A stretch of 63,767 nt of DNA, counting the filler. It is 6 parts of 6 records of this genome, joined end to end, with 100 filler letters (N's around TTAATTAATTAA, not from the genome) between each part and the next. Parts side by side here need not be neighbours in the genome. Positions count along the whole stretch, not along the records: positions 37,130 to 50,872 come from SRR31156797_18513; positions 50,973 to 58,607 come from SRR31156797_18529; 4 more parts are not named here. One strand, written 5' to 3'. Within the stretch, counting starts at the first letter, position 1, and every line of letters begins with the position of its first letter. The notes below the pieces were generated by a model. It saw only the letters and a list, made by a program, of their open reading frames with translations. It made no database searches and was not told where the DNA came from. Positions 39,232 to 52,009 of the stretch are shown here, in pieces. The position numbers and the translations under genes were made by a program.

Positions 39232-42200
39232 TTGGGGATGATGAAGATGCAGTATTTTGAAAAAAGAAAAAAATCTTCGTGTTTAATACTATTATTAATT
39301 TTTGGAATATCATTATTAATTTCAATCCCTATTTTTGCTAAACAAAAAGTTAGCCTTCAATTAAAGTGGAAACATCAATTTCAATTTGCAGGGTACTATA
39401 TAGCGAAAGAAATGGGATATTACGATGAAGTAGAGCTTGATGTTGATATAAGAGAGTATGATTTTGGAATGAATATTACTGATAAAGTATTGAGTGGAGA
39501 AGTTGATTTTGGAATAGGTTTATCCTCGATTATAAATGAGAAAATGAACGGTAAAGATATCTACATGATATTAGCTGCATATCAAAATTCACCCTTTGTT
39601 TTACTAACAAAAGATAGAGATGATATTAAAACAGTTAATGATTTTCAGAATAAAAAATTAATGGTTACCAAGGATTTGAAGGAAACACCGGAGCTACATG
39701 CAATGCTAATCTCTAATAATGTTCATATAGATGATTATATTCAACAAACACCATCATATAATGTTGATGACCTAATAAATGAAAAGACTGATGCTATGGC
39801 AGTTTATGTGTCTAACGAGCCATATCAAATGCAAAAAAAAGATGTAAAATATAAAATTTTCTCCCCAACCGAGCATGGTTATAATTTTTATAGTGATATA
39901 TTATTTACTTCGAAAAAATTAAGTGTTGAAAATCCGGAGTTAATTGATAAATTTAGAAGCGCAAGTTTGAAAGGTTGGAAATATGCTTTTGAAAATATCG
40001 ATGAAACTGCTGACTTGATATACAAAAAATATAATACTCAAAATAAAAGTAAAGAAGCTCTGAAATTTGAAGGAGAAGTTTTAAAAGTTCTTGCATATGA
40101 AGAAGATATTCCTTTTGGTGATATTGATATTAATAGACTGAATCAAATTGCCCAAGCATATTTATTATTAAATTTTAGCGGAAATCATGTTCAATTTGAG
40201 GGTTGCTATTATAAAGCAAAAAATAGAATTATTTTAGCTGAAGATGAAATGAGTAAATATACTGAATTAAACGTATTATGGAATGAATTAGGTTTGAATA
40301 AAGAAGAAAAACAGTGGATTATGGATAATTCAACAATTCGCGTTAATAGCGAAGTAGATTGGGCACCATATAACTTCATAGAAGGAAAAGAACATAAGGG
40401 TTATTCTATTGAAATAATGAGTTTAATTGCCGAAAAACTAGGTTTAAACGTAGAGTATGTGGCAAATGAAAGTTGGGAGCAAAGTTTAAAAAGTATTAAA
40501 AATAATGAAGCTGATGTAATTATGGGAATAATAAAAACTAAAGAAAGAGAGGAGTTCTTAGAATTTACCCAAGCATATGTGACAATTTCTCCAAGAATTG
40601 CTTATCTTGATACTAAGGGAAAGTTTAAAAGTATTGAAAAACTAAAAGTTAAAACAGTAGCGACAATAAAAGATTATCATTCCGTTTCTTTAATAGTGGA
40701 AAAATATCCAAATGTTAAAATTAAATTATATTCCACTAATTCTGAAGCTATTAATGCAGTTTCTAAAGGTGAGGCCGATGTTATTGCAGAAGATTATAAT
40801 GTTTTAAACTATCTGATTAGAAAGAAAAATATAAATAATTTAACGATATCACCTGAATTAGATGAAGTGATAGATTTAGAGCTTAATCTTAGATTTGCTG
40901 TGAGAAAAGATAAAAAAATACTTGCGAGTATATTTAATAAAGCCATTATGAATATATCTTCTCAGGAGTATTCAAATGAAAAACTAAAATGGTTTGAAGC
41001 TGAGAATAAAGTTATTGCATATGAGGAAAGTGAAAAGGGTGAAATTTGGCTGGTTGCAGCTGCGATTTTAATTTTAATTTTCGCATTAATTGGAGTATTT
41101 TTGTTGTTTAGATCATTTTCAAATAATTTTCTAACGCATCATTTTGGTTCTTTAAAATTTAGAATAATCGCAATTTCAGGAATGACTATGATGATTGTGA
41201 TGGTTAATTTATTAGTAATTTATACCCTTGATAGAAATAAAAAAATAACACTGAATACAGTTAGTCATGAACTACGCCTGATAGTGCAAAATACTATGGA
41301 AAATAATGATTTGTGGATACATGAACATCTTAACTTATTAAGTCAGTTAGGTCGTGACCCGGAATTGGTAGCGATTACTAAAAGATTGCTAAAAGTTGAA
41401 CCTGAAAAAGATATTTTGTTGAAATCACAAGAATTAGCAGATGTTAGAGAGTTTATGTCAAAAAGAGAGGATGAACTGGGAGAAATAGGATTTTTTATTA
41501 TAAATACGAATAATATAAGTATAGCTTCAAGACGTGATTCAAATGTTGGAAGTGTTAATTTGATAGCTCAACAAAAGCCCAAATTATTGAAGCAGACATT
41601 TAGAGGCAATGCAACTTTTATTCCACCAATTATTAGTGATGTTGATATTCAAACAAAAAAGAGAAATCTGATAGATACAAGTGGAAAACCGTTAACAATG
41701 TTTTTTGCAGCGCCAATTAGAGATCAAGGTGGAAAAGTAATAGCGGTTCTAACTCAACGTTTACTTCCAAAAGAGAAATTAACTAAAAATATGCTTTTGG
41801 GTCGTTTGGGTTTAACAGGAGAAACATATTTTGTAAATTCTAAAGGTCAAATGGTTACAGAAAGCAGGTTTCAGAATCAGCTCTTTGATATTGGTTTGCT
41901 TAATGCTAAAGAATCAAGAAGTCGTGTTCTGGAGATACGTGATCCGGGAGGAAACCTATTAAAAGGCTTTAAGCCACATTTACCTAGAGATTCACAGCAA
42001 TTTACCGAGGCAGTAAGTGACCTGATAGCAAAATCAGAAGAATTGGAATCTGGAGATGTCTGGTTAGATCATAGTGAAGTAGAAGTAAATCTTGATGGTT
42101 ATCGTGATTATCGCGGTGTTCCTGTATATGGGGCATGGATATGGGAGAAACATCTGGAATTAGGTATTTTAACTGAAATTGATATTGAAGAAGCCTTATC

Positions 42201-45200
42201 AGGTTATCATACATTACGTTTTTTCCTGTTAGTGATAACCGGAATAACTTTATTACTGGCAATAATAGCTGTATCGATAACACTTATATTAGGTGAACGT
42301 GCAACAAATGTGATGCGTCAAACACAGAATCAACTAAAACAAAGAGTGGATGAGCGTACATTAGAATTAAAAGAAGCACAGGAACATGTTCAAAAACTCC
42401 TGGAGGCAGCACCTGATGGTTTCTTAGTAATTGATTCTAAGAATATCATTACATTAGTAAATGCCCAATCAGAAAAAATATTTGGATATACTCGGGAGCA
42501 AATGATAGGTCAAAGAATACTAAAATTAATATCAGATGATTTGTGTAAGGATGATATAGATAATTGTAAAGATTTATTAGCAAGACATAAAAGTGGAAGG
42601 CTTTTTCCGATAGAAATGAATTTTAGCCCTGTTGATACTAAAGGTGAAACTATAACAATTGCAGCTATAAGAGATATTACCAAGAGAAAAAATGATGAAA
42701 GGGAACTTCGGAAATTATCAAGTGCAGTTGAGGAAAGCCCCGTTGTAATAATAATTACAAATAAAAAAGGTGAAATAGAATATGTAAATAAATATTTCTC
42801 TACTGTAACAGGTTATAACAGAGAGGAAGTAATAGGAGAAAAACCAAGCATACTTAATTCAGGTTATCATCCAAAAGAGTTTTATAAAGAGATGTGGACA
42901 ACTGTTATATCCGGCAAAAGCTGGAAAGGAGAGATATATAATAAAAAGAAAAACGGAGGTTATTTTTGGGAATCAACGACTATTTCTCCTATATTTGATT
43001 CAAAAAGAGAAATAATAAATTTTGTAGCAATTAAGAGAGATATAACTGAGAGTAAAAGATTGGAAGAGGAGTTAATAAGAGCAAAAGAGAAAGCTGAAGT
43101 TGCAACACTGGCAAAATCTAATTTTTTAGCCAATATGAGTCATGAAATTCGAACACCGATGAATGCGATACTTGGTATGAGTCACCTAGCATTAAAAACA
43201 GATTTAACAGCAAAGCAATATGATTATATAGATAAAATTGACACCTCAGCGAAATCATTACTTGGAATAATCAATGATATTCTGGATTTTTCCAAAATAG
43301 AAGCAGGGAAAATGAATATTGAAATTATTGATTTTGATCTTAGCCGTGTTATAGCTAATCTGTCAACTATAGTAACTAATAAAGCTCAAGAGAAAAAATT
43401 AGAGTTAATATTTGCTATTGATCCAAATGTACCAAAACATTTGAAGGGAGATCCTCTTAGACTTGGGCAAATTTTATTAAATTTTGTTAATAATGCAATT
43501 AAATTTACAGAAGAAGGTGAAATAGTAGTTTCTATTAAAATCTTAGAAAGAAGCAAAAAAGATGTATTACTTAAATTTTCTGTTCGTGATACAGGTATTG
43601 GATTAAGCGAGCAGCAACAGGATAAACTTTTTCAATCATTCCAACAGGCTGATGTTTCAACAACCAGAAAATATGGAGGAACGGGCCTAGGGCTTGCTAT
43701 ATCAAAACGTTTAGTTGAGATGATGAATGGTTCAATAGGAGTTAAAAGTAAACTGAAATCCGGAAGTACTTTTTACTTTGATGCTAAATTTGAGATAAAC
43801 GAAGAGAGCAATAATACAGAGAACTTTATTCCGGAAACATTAAATGGGCTCAAAGTAATGCTTGTAGATAATAATAGAGTTTTTAGAAATGTAATGAAAG
43901 AGTTTCTGATAGATTTTGGTTTTATTGTGAAGACATATAAATTAGGAGAATTAGCATTAGAGGCTTTAAAGAAAACAGTATCTGAAAAGCATAAGCCATT
44001 TAACCTAGTTATTATTGATTTTCAAATAAACAATATAGAAACTATCAAAGCTATAGAGGAGATGCAGAACTTAGCAATAAAACCTAAAATAATATTAACT
44101 ACTGGTTTTGATTATGAAAATGCCCAGAAAAAAATGGAGGAATTAAATCTTGATGGTTTATTAACTAAACCGATAATTCAATCACAACTGTTTGATGCCA
44201 TAATGGATTCATTTGGTCAAAATGTACCGCGTCGATCAAGAGTTGAGAGAGATGTAACATATAGAGTTGATGGATTTTCAAAAGTGAGAGGAGCATCGAT
44301 TTTATTGGTTGAAGACAATGTGGTTAATCAGCAGGTTGCATTAGAGTTACTGGAAGCAGAGGGCTTTTATATAACTATTGCCGGAAATGGCCAGATTGCA
44401 ATTGATACACTTCTTTCCATGGAGAATAAAAATAAATTTGATATTGTGTTAATGGATCTGCAAATGCCGGTAATGGATGGTTACACAGCGGTGAAATTAA
44501 TAAGAGAAAATGATGAATTTACGAAACTCCCTATTATAGCGATGACTGCTGATGCTATGAGTGGTGTCAAAGAAAAAGTTGCTCAGTTTGGAATGAATGA
44601 TTATGTAACCAAACCAATCAGTCCGGAGAATTTATTTAAAACTTTAACTAAGTGGATTGAGCATAAAAAGCGTAAATTACCGCAAAAATATCTTGAGTTA
44701 TCTGGAAAAAAAGAGAGTAAAGAGAAAGAAGAAACTATTGAATTAGAAGGTTTTGATATTTCCAGTGCAATAGAGAGAGTGGGAGGAAGTGTTAAAGCAT
44801 ATAAAAAAACATTAAAAAAAGTAGTTGAAGCAGAGAAGGATGCGATGGAGAGACTTAGTATAAGTCTGGATAAGAATGATAGAGAAACTGCGATTCGTAT
44901 AGCTCATACATTAAAAGGAGTTGCAGGGAATATAGGAGCAAACTCACTATATGAAAACTCACTTAAGCTGGAAAGAGAGTTAAATGATAATTCAGATTAT
45001 CCGTCAGAGGAACTCCTAAATGATGTATCAACTGCTTTAATCAAAACAATAAATATAATAGAAACTGCTTTAGACAAAGTAACAAGTGAGAGTATAAAAG
45101 AGATAATTAATTTTGATCTATCTAGCGCAAAACAACTAATAGGGGTACTTAATGAGCAGATTGATAATTTTGATTCATTTGCATCAGATACTTGTGAGGA

Positions 45201-45348
45201 GTTAATCCCAAAAGTAAAGGGAACTGCATTTGAAGAGAAAGTTATAGAACTTGGAAAAGCGCTAGAAGTTTATGACTTTGATCAAGCTGAAATCTTGCTG
45301 AAAGATGTGGTAGAGAAGATAGGGGAATATGAAAGGGGAATTAAATGA
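39232..45348 (+). CDS. Hybrid sensor histidine kinase: NMT1-like SBP, family-3 SBP, Cache-like domain, 2 PAS, HisKA/HATPase, 2 REC, Hpt; exact start uncertain
   Basis: [51 protein letters not shown] boxes DTGIG and [30 protein letters not shown]. Confidence 0.93.
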   Translation: MGMMKMQYFEKRKKSSCLILLLIFGISLLISIPIFAKQKVSLQLKWKHQFQFAGYYIAKEMGYYDEVELDVDIREYDFGMNITDKVLSGEVDFGIGLSSIINEKMNGKDIYMILAAYQNSPFVLLTKDRDDIKTVNDFQNKKLMVTKDLKETPELHAMLISNNVHIDDYIQQTPSYNVDDLINEKTDAMAVYVSNEPYQMQKKDVKYKIFSPTEHGYNFYSDILFTSKKLSVENPELIDKFRSASLKGWKYAFENIDETADLIYKKYNTQNKSKEALKFEGEVLKVLAYEEDIPFGDIDINRLNQIAQAYLLLNFSGNHVQFEGCYYKAKNRIILAEDEMSKYTELNVLWNELGLNKEEKQWIMDNSTIRVNSEVDWAPYNFIEGKEHKGYSIEIMSLIAEKLGLNVEYVANESWEQSLKSIKNNEADVIMGIIKTKEREEFLEFTQAYVTISPRIAYLDTKGKFKSIEKLKVKTVATIKDYHSVSLIVEKYPNVKIKLYSTNSEAINAVSKGEADVIAEDYNVLNYLIRKKNINNLTISPELDEVIDLELNLRFAVRKDKKILASIFNKAIMNISSQEYSNEKLKWFEAENKVIAYEESEKGEIWLVAAAILILIFALIGVFLLFRSFSNNFLTHHFGSLKFRIIAISGMTMMIVMVNLLVIYTLDRNKKITLNTVSHELRLIVQNTMENNDLWIHEHLNLLSQLGRDPELVAITKRLLKVEPEKDILLKSQELADVREFMSKREDELGEIGFFIINTNNISIASRRDSNVGSVNLIAQQKPKLLKQTFRGNATFIPPIISDVDIQTKKRNLIDTSGKPLTMFFAAPIRDQGGKVIAVLTQRLLPKEKLTKNMLLGRLGLTGETYFVNSKGQMVTESRFQNQLFDIGLLNAKESRSRVLEIRDPGGNLLKGFKPHLPRDSQQFTEAVSDLIAKSEELESGDVWLDHSEVEVNLDGYRDYRGVPVYGAWIWEKHLELGILTEIDIEEALSGYHTLRFFLLVITGITLLLAIIAVSITLILGERATNVMRQTQNQLKQRVDERTLELKEAQEHVQKLLEAAPDGFLVIDSKNIITLVNAQSEKIFGYTREQMIGQRILKLISDDLCKDDIDNCKDLLARHKSGRLFPIEMNFSPVDTKGETITIAAIRDITKRKNDERELRKLSSAVEESPVVIIITNKKGEIEYVNKYFSTVTGYNREEVIGEKPSILNSGYHPKEFYKEMWTTVISGKSWKGEIYNKKKNGGYFWESTTISPIFDSKREIINFVAIKRDITESKRLEEELIRAKEKAEVATLAKSNFLANMSHEIRTPMNAILGMSHLALKTDLTAKQYDYIDKIDTSAKSLLGIINDILDFSKIEAGKMNIEIIDFDLSRVIANLSTIVTNKAQEKKLELIFAIDPNVPKHLKGDPLRLGQILLNFVNNAIKFTEEGEIVVSIKILERSKKDVLLKFSVRDTGIGLSEQQQDKLFQSFQQADVSTTRKYGGTGLGLAISKRLVEMMNGSIGVKSKLKSGSTFYFDAKFEINEESNNTENFIPETLNGLKVMLVDNNRVFRNVMKEFLIDFGFIVKTYKLGELALEALKKTVSEKHKPFNLVIIDFQINNIETIKAIEEMQNLAIKPKIILTTGFDYENAQKKMEELNLDGLLTKPIIQSQLFDAIMDSFGQNVPRRSRVERDVTYRVDGFSKVRGASILLVEDNVVNQQVALELLEAEGFYITIAGNGQIAIDTLLSMENKNKFDIVLMDLQMPVMDGYTAVKLIRENDEFTKLPIIAMTADAMSGVKEKVAQFGMNDYVTKPISPENLFKTLTKWIEHKKRKLPQKYLELSGKKESKEKEETIELEGFDISSAIERVGGSVKAYKKTLKKVVEAEKDAMERLSISLDKNDRETAIRIAHTLKGVAGNIGANSLYENSLKLERELNDNSDYPSEELLNDVSTALIKTINIIETALDKVTSESIKEIINFDLSSAKQLIGVLNEQIDNFDSFASDTCEELIPKVKGTAFEEKVIELGKALEVYDFDQAEILLKDVVEKIGEYERGIK

Positions 45349-45719
45349 TCGATAATACTATGAAAACTGTTTTGGTGATTGATGACACACCTTCAAATAT
45401 TGATATAGTGAAATGTACTTTGTCAAAATGTTATCTTGTACAAGCTGCAGTAAATGGTTCAATGGCACTAAGAATACTTGAAAAGAAAAAACCGGATCTA
45501 ATACTTTTGGATGTGATGATGCCGGATATGGATGGTTATGAAGTATGTAAACGAATAAAAGCTAAGGAAAATCTAAAAGAGATTCCAATAATATTTTTGA
45601 CAGGAAAAGCTGAAATAGAGTCTGAAGCAAAGGACATGAACCTAGATGTAGTTGACTGTATAATGAAACCAATTAATCCACCATTATTAATGGACAGAGT
45701 TAATACCTATCTGAAATAG
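45345..45719 (+). CDS. Single-domain response regulator (REC)
   Basis: VIDD, LLDVMMPDMDG, FLT, KP; ATGA overlap with the kinase. Confidence 0.9.
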   Translation: MIDNTMKTVLVIDDTPSNIDIVKCTLSKCYLVQAAVNGSMALRILEKKKPDLILLDVMMPDMDGYEVCKRIKAKENLKEIPIIFLTGKAEIESEAKDMNLDVVDCIMKPINPPLLMDRVNTYLK

Positions 45720-45727
45720 TTTTTTTT

Positions 45728-45759
45728 AAAAAGAAACGAAAAATCATTCGTTTCTTTTT
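45728..45759 (+). terminator. Terminator-like hairpin
   Basis: AAAAGAAACGAA-AAATCA-TTCGTTTCTTTT. Confidence 0.6.
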
Positions 45760-45853
45760 ATATTTTTAATAAACTGATATAATAGATAAATAATTCATAT
45801 TTTCTACATATTATCAATATATAATATAAAAAATATTTTAAGAGGAGAAAAAA

Positions 45854-48544
45854 GTGATTAGAGGATTAAAGAAGTATTTTCTATTAATTATTTTATTAAT
45901 ATTATTTGTAATTTTTACTGGTCAAAGTATAATTTTGATTAGAAATAGAGAAGGAAACTCATCTGGAACTATGCAATTAATCTATCCATATAAGGCGATT
46001 AATGATAATCATGGAAATATTTATTATATTGATAATTACTTCAAAAGAGTAGTGAAAATAAATAAAGATGCAGAGTTGATATTTGAGTTAAATGGAGGAA
46101 CAGAGGAGCGAGATTTTTTTTACAGCGGTGGAATATTTTATGATAATGCGAACAGTACTCTATATCTGTTAAATTACCAAAATTTCTCAGATGAAGCTCA
46201 TAATAATCCTAGCAGTATTTTAGCTTATAACGAAAAAGGAAAATTAATTAAAAATATTGAAACGAATTCGTTTGCAAGTGAAGACTCTGAAATAATAAAA
46301 ATACTAGATAATGATATATATTATATAGAAGCAAATGAAGAGGATACTAAAAAAATATTATATAGAATTAATTTTCATGACCTAAGTAAAAAAGAACTAT
46401 TACTTGAATTTGATAAAAAAAGCTGGGCGATTATAACAGCTTTTGATCTGCTGGAAGATAAGATGATAGTAATTCAAAAGGGAAATCAATTATTTGAGAT
46501 AATTTATGGTGAGGATACTAAAAAAAGAATAGCGGGAATATCTCAGGAAGAATTTTTAGCAGGAGATATAATAGGTGAAAAATCTGGAAGGATATACCTG
46601 CTGAATAAGCTGCAAACACGAGTAGCTTTTTTTGAGAATCAAGAATTAGAGATATATTTGAATAGAAAAATTATAGAAAACAGTGGTCATATTAATGATA
46701 GAATATTTTTTCGAGATTCATTTATAGATGATACAGCTAATTTCATAACAATTGATGATAAACACGAAACTATTTTGGTGTTTGATGAAAATGGAAACAA
46801 AACTAAAAGTATAGCAGAAGTGAAATTGAATTTCTATCAAATAATAAAAAAGAATATTTTACTTTTTAGCATCACAGCACAAATATTTATTCTACTATAT
46901 ATTATTTACTATATTTATACGAAGCTTCTGAATAGAAGAGTAACTTTTATATTAAAACTTCTAATAGCAGTAATCCCGTTGAGTATGGTATTAGTTGCTA
47001 TGATTTCCTATGAAATATATCAGGAGAATTATTTGCGTTATCAGGATTTGCTTAACAGCAAACTTTTATCACTGGCTGAAACTTATGCTGACCAAATAGA
47101 TGGTGATACCATTGAGGAGATATTTGGTGAGAGTTACTATTCAGAGGAGGAACTGACTCATAATTTTAAAGAACTTAATAAAGAAAATACTGAGAAATAT
47201 AAAAGTTTTAAGAATGAGATAATGACTTTAACAGAGGAAAAATTCTCAAAATGGAATCATAATATTTATCCGGCATTGGGCCTCATACATGGACGGGATA
47301 TTTATGAAATAGTTATGAGAGGTACTTCATATGCTCTTTCGCCACATCCGGAACTATATACTAGTTATGAAAATGCTATACGAGATGGAATTAGTGGTTT
47401 TTACTCTTATGATAATCAGTTTGGAGAAAGAATGGGAGCAGTATCAGCTGTTAGGAATTCCAATGATAAAGTCGTTGGCATATTCGAAGTATATTCTGAT
47501 GAATTTTTACTCAGAACAATAACAGAAAAATTTAGAATAAGATTATTTAGAAACTTATTAATATTATTATTCGTTTATATTTTAGTATTAATATTTTTCT
47601 CGAAGCAATTAGTAAAACCAATTAAAGAATTAAGTGATGTAACAGAGAAAATCACAGAAGGAAATTTTTCTACTAAAGCGGAAATAAAATCAAAAGATGA
47701 AATCGGTGATTTGAGTAAACATTTTAATAAAATGACAAATCACATTAATCGATATATTGATGCACAGAGTAAGTTTGTCCCAAATGAATTTCTTAAAATA
47801 TTAAACAAAACTGATTTGAGAGAGTTAAAGTTGGGAAATCAGATTAAAAAGGAGATGACAATTTTATTTTGCGATATTAGATCATTTACTTCAATGTCTG
47901 AAAAAATGACAGCGCAAGAAAACTTTGATTTTATAAATGAATATTTAAGTAAAACAGTTCCGGCAATTAATAAATATAATGGATTTATAGATAAATTCAT
48001 AGGAGATGCAATTATGGCTCTGTTTTACACCGATGATTCAGCGGTAGATGCATCACTAGAGATGCTAAAGAATTTGGAAGAGTATAACAAAGAAAGAGTG
48101 AATAATAATCTCGATGAAATCAAAATAGGGATAGGCCTTCATACAGGTGATGTTATGATGGGAATAGTTGGAGAGGAAAGCAGATATAATGTGACTGTTA
48201 TTTCTGATAATGTAAATCTGGCGTCCAGAATAGAAAGTATGACCAAACAATATGGAGTTGAAATATTAATATCTGATAAAACAAAGGATATTATTAATCA
48301 AGAGAAGTATGTTATAAGAATAATAGATAAAGTAGTAGCACGAGGCAGAACGGAAGAAACAATATTATATGAAGTAATAAGAGACGATAGATTTTCAGAA
48401 GAGTGGTTAGTTAAATATCAATCAGCAATTGAGAGTTATTTTGCAAAAGACTTTGAAATAGCACTTGAAAAATTTAGAGAGTTAGATTTAATAATTAATG
48501 ACAAAGTTGTAAATCTTTATATTAATAGATGCTCCAATTCTTAA
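45854..48544 (+). CDS. Membrane-bound class III adenylate cyclase with extracellular repeat (propeller-like) region and HAMP domain
   Basis: HAMP PIKEL..DEIGDL..FN.M; LFCDIRSFT, DKFIGDAIMA, GIGLHTG, DNVNLASRIES. Confidence 0.9.
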   Translation: MIRGLKKYFLLIILLILFVIFTGQSIILIRNREGNSSGTMQLIYPYKAINDNHGNIYYIDNYFKRVVKINKDAELIFELNGGTEERDFFYSGGIFYDNANSTLYLLNYQNFSDEAHNNPSSILAYNEKGKLIKNIETNSFASEDSEIIKILDNDIYYIEANEEDTKKILYRINFHDLSKKELLLEFDKKSWAIITAFDLLEDKMIVIQKGNQLFEIIYGEDTKKRIAGISQEEFLAGDIIGEKSGRIYLLNKLQTRVAFFENQELEIYLNRKIIENSGHINDRIFFRDSFIDDTANFITIDDKHETILVFDENGNKTKSIAEVKLNFYQIIKKNILLFSITAQIFILLYIIYYIYTKLLNRRVTFILKLLIAVIPLSMVLVAMISYEIYQENYLRYQDLLNSKLLSLAETYADQIDGDTIEEIFGESYYSEEELTHNFKELNKENTEKYKSFKNEIMTLTEEKFSKWNHNIYPALGLIHGRDIYEIVMRGTSYALSPHPELYTSYENAIRDGISGFYSYDNQFGERMGAVSAVRNSNDKVVGIFEVYSDEFLLRTITEKFRIRLFRNLLILLFVYILVLIFFSKQLVKPIKELSDVTEKITEGNFSTKAEIKSKDEIGDLSKHFNKMTNHINRYIDAQSKFVPNEFLKILNKTDLRELKLGNQIKKEMTILFCDIRSFTSMSEKMTAQENFDFINEYLSKTVPAINKYNGFIDKFIGDAIMALFYTDDSAVDASLEMLKNLEEYNKERVNNNLDEIKIGIGLHTGDVMMGIVGEESRYNVTVISDNVNLASRIESMTKQYGVEILISDKTKDIINQEKYVIRIIDKVVARGRTEETILYEVIRDDRFSEEWLVKYQSAIESYFAKDFEIALEKFRELDLIINDKVVNLYINRCSNS

Positions 48545-48563
48545 GTGAATTATAATTAATTAA

Positions 48564-48605
48564 AAAAAGATAGCGATACTGTTAATTCAGTCGCTATTTT
48601 TTTTA
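48564..48605 (+). terminator. Rho-independent terminator
   Basis: ATAGCGA..CTG / CAG.TCGCTAT stem followed by a long T run. Confidence 0.65.
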
Positions 48606-48841
48606 TTTTCCCTAATTGCTAAAATACTGAGTAAATATTAGCGATAGAAAGGTTATCAAAAGACTAAAGAAAGTGTATAGTTCAAAAAGGACTTTTCAAA
48701 TACTTTATTTAGTGATACTATACATTAAAAATATAATATATTAAGAATTTCATATATTAAATGTATGGTTAGTGTGGGGAAATGAGTTTTATTTAAATGT
48801 GGATTTAGTTTAGGGAGAAAAAGTTTAAAGGAGGCAGAAGA

Positions 48842-50704
48842 ATGGAAAGGGAAAAAATCAAAAAGACAATTGGTATCAGGCACAAAATTATTATAGGAGT
48901 TATAGCGATATTTTTAATCAATGCAATAATTAGTTTAGGAATATTAAGAAATTCACTTCATAAATCCATGGAAGCCGGAGTTGAAGGAATAAAAAATATG
49001 GCTGCATATAATGCACGTGATAATTTAAACTCTATGCAAAGAATATTGGAGCTGAAAAAAGATTATCAAGGTGGCTGGCAACTAAGAGATGGTGAACTCT
49101 ATAAAGGGGATATCAAAATAAATGGTAATAACAAATTAGTTGATGAATTTGGCTCTCTATATAAAGGAAGTACAGTTACTATCTTTCAGGGAGACATGAG
49201 GGTTGCAACGAATGTTTTAAAAGATGGAAAAAGAGCTATAGGGACAAAGGTTTCTGAAGTAGTAAGTGAGTCAGTTCTAAATAACGGAATACCTTATTAT
49301 GGTGAAGCTAATGTAGTTGGTCATAATTATGTAACAGCGTATCATCCTATAAAAGATATCAGAACGGGCAAAACTATTGGTATCTTCTACACAGGTGTAC
49401 CTGCTGCAGAAATAGTTGAACATGAGGAAAAATTAATTAAAACATCATTGAAAATAACAATTGGGAGTACAATTGTTACAATTATCATTTTAATTGTTGC
49501 AATAATTATGGTTTCGATTATAAGTAGAAAATCACTAAAACCTCTAAAAGAGATGTCTGCTTCATTTGAAGAATTAGCCAGTGGACACGGGGACTTAACT
49601 CAGAGAGTTGAAGTAAAATCCAAAGATGAAATAGGTGGACTTGGAGAGATAATCAATAGATTTATTGAATCATTAGACGGAATAATGACAAGAACAAAGA
49701 GAGTTTCTTATTCATTAAATGAAGGAACTAAGAGTGTATCTCATAATTTAAGCGGTGTTGTTAAAAACGTAGATGAAATATTTGAAGCTGTTAAAAGTTC
49801 GGAAACTCAAATGACAGAAAATTCAGCATCTATAGAAGAGATATCGGCAACAGTGGAAGAGATATCAGTAAACGTAAATAAGCAGTTAGAGCAAGCTCTT
49901 GAAGCAAATCAATTATCGAAAAAAGTGTATACCGACTCTGAAATAGGAGAAGTAAAATTAAAAGAGTTAATTAAAAGTTTTAAAAGAATATCCGAAGCAA
50001 CTAATAAAACAATAAAAGATAACGAAATGATGAAAGTTCATTCAAAAGAAATACTGAAAATAGTAGCTGCAATAGAGGAAATAGCAAATAAAACAAATTT
50101 ATTATCTTTAAATGCAAGTATTGAAGCATCAAGAGCCGGAGAAGCAGGGAAAGGATTTTCTGTAGTTGCTGAGGAGATCAGAGCGCTTGCAGCGAGTTCG
50201 CAAGAAGCAGTAGACGGTGTTAAAAAAGTTGCATCAGATATATTTAGTACAACTAATGAAACATTTGAAAATCTGCAAGAGTCAGAGACTGCTACTGATG
50301 AAGGTATGGAGAAAGTTATGGAAGTAGATGAAATCATCGGTAATACTCTGGTTAGAGTCAAAGAGGTTACTGAAAAAGTAGAAGATATAACTTTTAGTTC
50401 GGAAAATAACACTAGTAGTTTCGAAGAGATATCAGCGGCGATTATGAGTTCGGCAGAGAATACTTCTGAAACAAGTCTGTATATTTCTAATATTGCTGAA
50501 TCTTCAAAAGACCTGAAATTAGGAACAGAAGATATGTTTACAGAGACAAAATTCATGATTGAGAAAGTAGAAGAGTTATACAGAATGATTAAGCAATTTA
50601 AAACAAGTGAGAATCTTAATTCTAGCGTGAAATCAAATTCATTATATAATGATTCTAGAAATCAAAGAAAAGCAAAAGCAGTAATTGCAAATAGCAGAGT
50701 ATAA
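48842..50704 (+). CDS. Methyl-accepting chemotaxis protein with a Cache-type sensor
   Basis: [65 protein letters not shown]. Confidence 0.93.
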   Translation: MEREKIKKTIGIRHKIIIGVIAIFLINAIISLGILRNSLHKSMEAGVEGIKNMAAYNARDNLNSMQRILELKKDYQGGWQLRDGELYKGDIKINGNNKLVDEFGSLYKGSTVTIFQGDMRVATNVLKDGKRAIGTKVSEVVSESVLNNGIPYYGEANVVGHNYVTAYHPIKDIRTGKTIGIFYTGVPAAEIVEHEEKLIKTSLKITIGSTIVTIIILIVAIIMVSIISRKSLKPLKEMSASFEELASGHGDLTQRVEVKSKDEIGGLGEIINRFIESLDGIMTRTKRVSYSLNEGTKSVSHNLSGVVKNVDEIFEAVKSSETQMTENSASIEEISATVEEISVNVNKQLEQALEANQLSKKVYTDSEIGEVKLKELIKSFKRISEATNKTIKDNEMMKVHSKEILKIVAAIEEIANKTNLLSLNASIEASRAGEAGKGFSVVAEEIRALAASSQEAVDGVKKVASDIFSTTNETFENLQESETATDEGMEKVMEVDEIIGNTLVRVKEVTEKVEDITFSSENNTSSFEEISAAIMSSAENTSETSLYISNIAESSKDLKLGTEDMFTETKFMIEKVEELYRMIKQFKTSENLNSSVKSNSLYNDSRNQRKAKAVIANSRV

Positions 50705-50723
50705 AAAAATATCAAAAAAGACT

Positions 50724-50760
50724 AAGGCCGCGATCCTGTTCACTGAATCGCGGCCTTTTT
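50724..50760 (+). terminator. Rho-independent terminator, possibly bidirectional
   Basis: AAGGCCGCGAT...ATCGCGGCCTT followed by a T run; lies between convergent genes. Confidence 0.8.
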
Positions 50761-50807
50761 ATATAAAGGATGATGTTTAAGACAATTTTATTATTTACTA
50801 TTTATTA

Positions 50808-50872
50808 CTAGAAAGTTTGAGTTATAACTCCCGATGTTTCAGCAACAGACCAGTTAGAACTACCATTTCCGA
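50808..50872 (-). CDS. C-terminal fragment of an unidentified gene (..GNGSSNWSVAETSGVITQTF*)
   Basis: Open minus frame from the contig edge ending in consecutive TAG TAA TAA stops, convergent on the terminator. Confidence 0.4.
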
Positions 50873-50972
50873 NNNNNNNNNNNNNNNNNNNNNNNNNNNN
50901 NNNNNNNNNNNNNNNNTTAATTAATTAANNNNNNNNNNNNNNNNNNNNNNNNNNNNNNNNNNNNNNNNNNNN
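50873..50972. other. Artificial contig spacer
   Basis: N run with TTAATTAATTAA. Confidence 0.98.
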
Positions 50973-51190
50973 AATGAAGAGCCCGTCGGCTTGAGACAAA
51001 TTATTATATAATAACACAATCCAAATACTCATTATATAAAATGCACTAAAATATTAAACGCCATTGTACTCAAAGAACATATTACAATTTTCACAGAAGT
51101 TAATAAAAACATGGATGACATAAATTAAATCATTCTGAAATCCGTTCTATTCGCATTCAATTAATAAAACCAATCTTGAATACGCATTTA

Positions 51191-51832
51191 TTAAAAATAT
51201 ATTTCTGTTATAATATTATTAAAACCAACCCCTCTTCGAATTAACAATTCACGCACATCCATTACCATTCTTGTGCTGCCGCATATATAGAAATTAATAT
51301 TCGCAGGTATAGACTCCATTTCACTGATAAATTTCGTAAGCCTCCCTTCAAACATATTATCACCTGCATCTTGTGAAGCGCATCTTACATAATCGCTTAA
51401 AGCGTTAAATTCATCACTAAAATACATGTCCGTTTTTAAGCGCCCACCCTGAATTAATCTTAAAGGCTTCTGCCCACTTTTAAACATGCTGTGAAAGGGC
51501 GCAATACCCGTTCCGGTTGCAATCCACCAGGCAGGTTCGTTATTGAAAATAAACTTCCCGTGCACTTTGGATACTAGTATTTTATCTCCAATATTAACAT
51601 CTGCTAATGAAGGGGTTAGCAAACCATCTTCCTTCACATTAAAAAGTATAGCAACATTCTTTTCAATATTTCCGCTACAAATACTATATAAACGAGCATC
51701 CTTCATCGATGGCATTTTAATACCTATAATTTGCCCCGGTTTGAAATCAAACTCCCGCTTAAATTCAATCACAAATACCTTAGGTGCAATTTCAGTTTTA
51801 CCAAGTATTGTAGATTCAAAAAACTTACTCAT
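51191..51832 (-). CDS. Ferredoxin-NADP reductase-like FAD/NAD(P)-binding oxidoreductase
   Basis: FKPGQ, RLYSI, IATGTGIAPF, FYICG, C-terminal EIYF. Confidence 0.88.
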   Translation of the reverse strand: MSKFFESTILGKTEIAPKVFVIEFKREFDFKPGQIIGIKMPSMKDARLYSICSGNIEKNVAILFNVKEDGLLTPSLADVNIGDKILVSKVHGKFIFNNEPAWWIATGTGIAPFHSMFKSGQKPLRLIQGGRLKTDMYFSDEFNALSDYVRCASQDAGDNMFEGRLTKFISEMESIPANINFYICGSTRMVMDVRELLIRRGVGFNNIITEIYF

Positions 51833-51876
51833 TTAAAAGGTTTTGTTCTAATACAATTAAGTCAGTTTAAGGTTTA
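51826..51876. repeat. Direct repeat copy 1 (start and upstream region of the FNR-like gene)
   Basis: TACTCATTTAAAAGGTTTTGTTCTAATACAATTAA-N8-AAGGTTTA. Confidence 0.85.
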
Positions 51877-52009
51877 GATTATCTATACAAGAACTTAATT
51901 AAAAAGTGATTCAGCCAACAAATTGATTATTACAGAATAATTTCAATAAAGATCAAAATATCATAGAAAAATATATATTTTTATCCATCCAAATAAAAAA
52001 AGCAGCAAT

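Noticed and set aside
48606-48841. Possible c-di-GMP riboswitch upstream of the MCP
   Set aside because: GEMM core motifs and stems were not found; the region is simply AT-rich.
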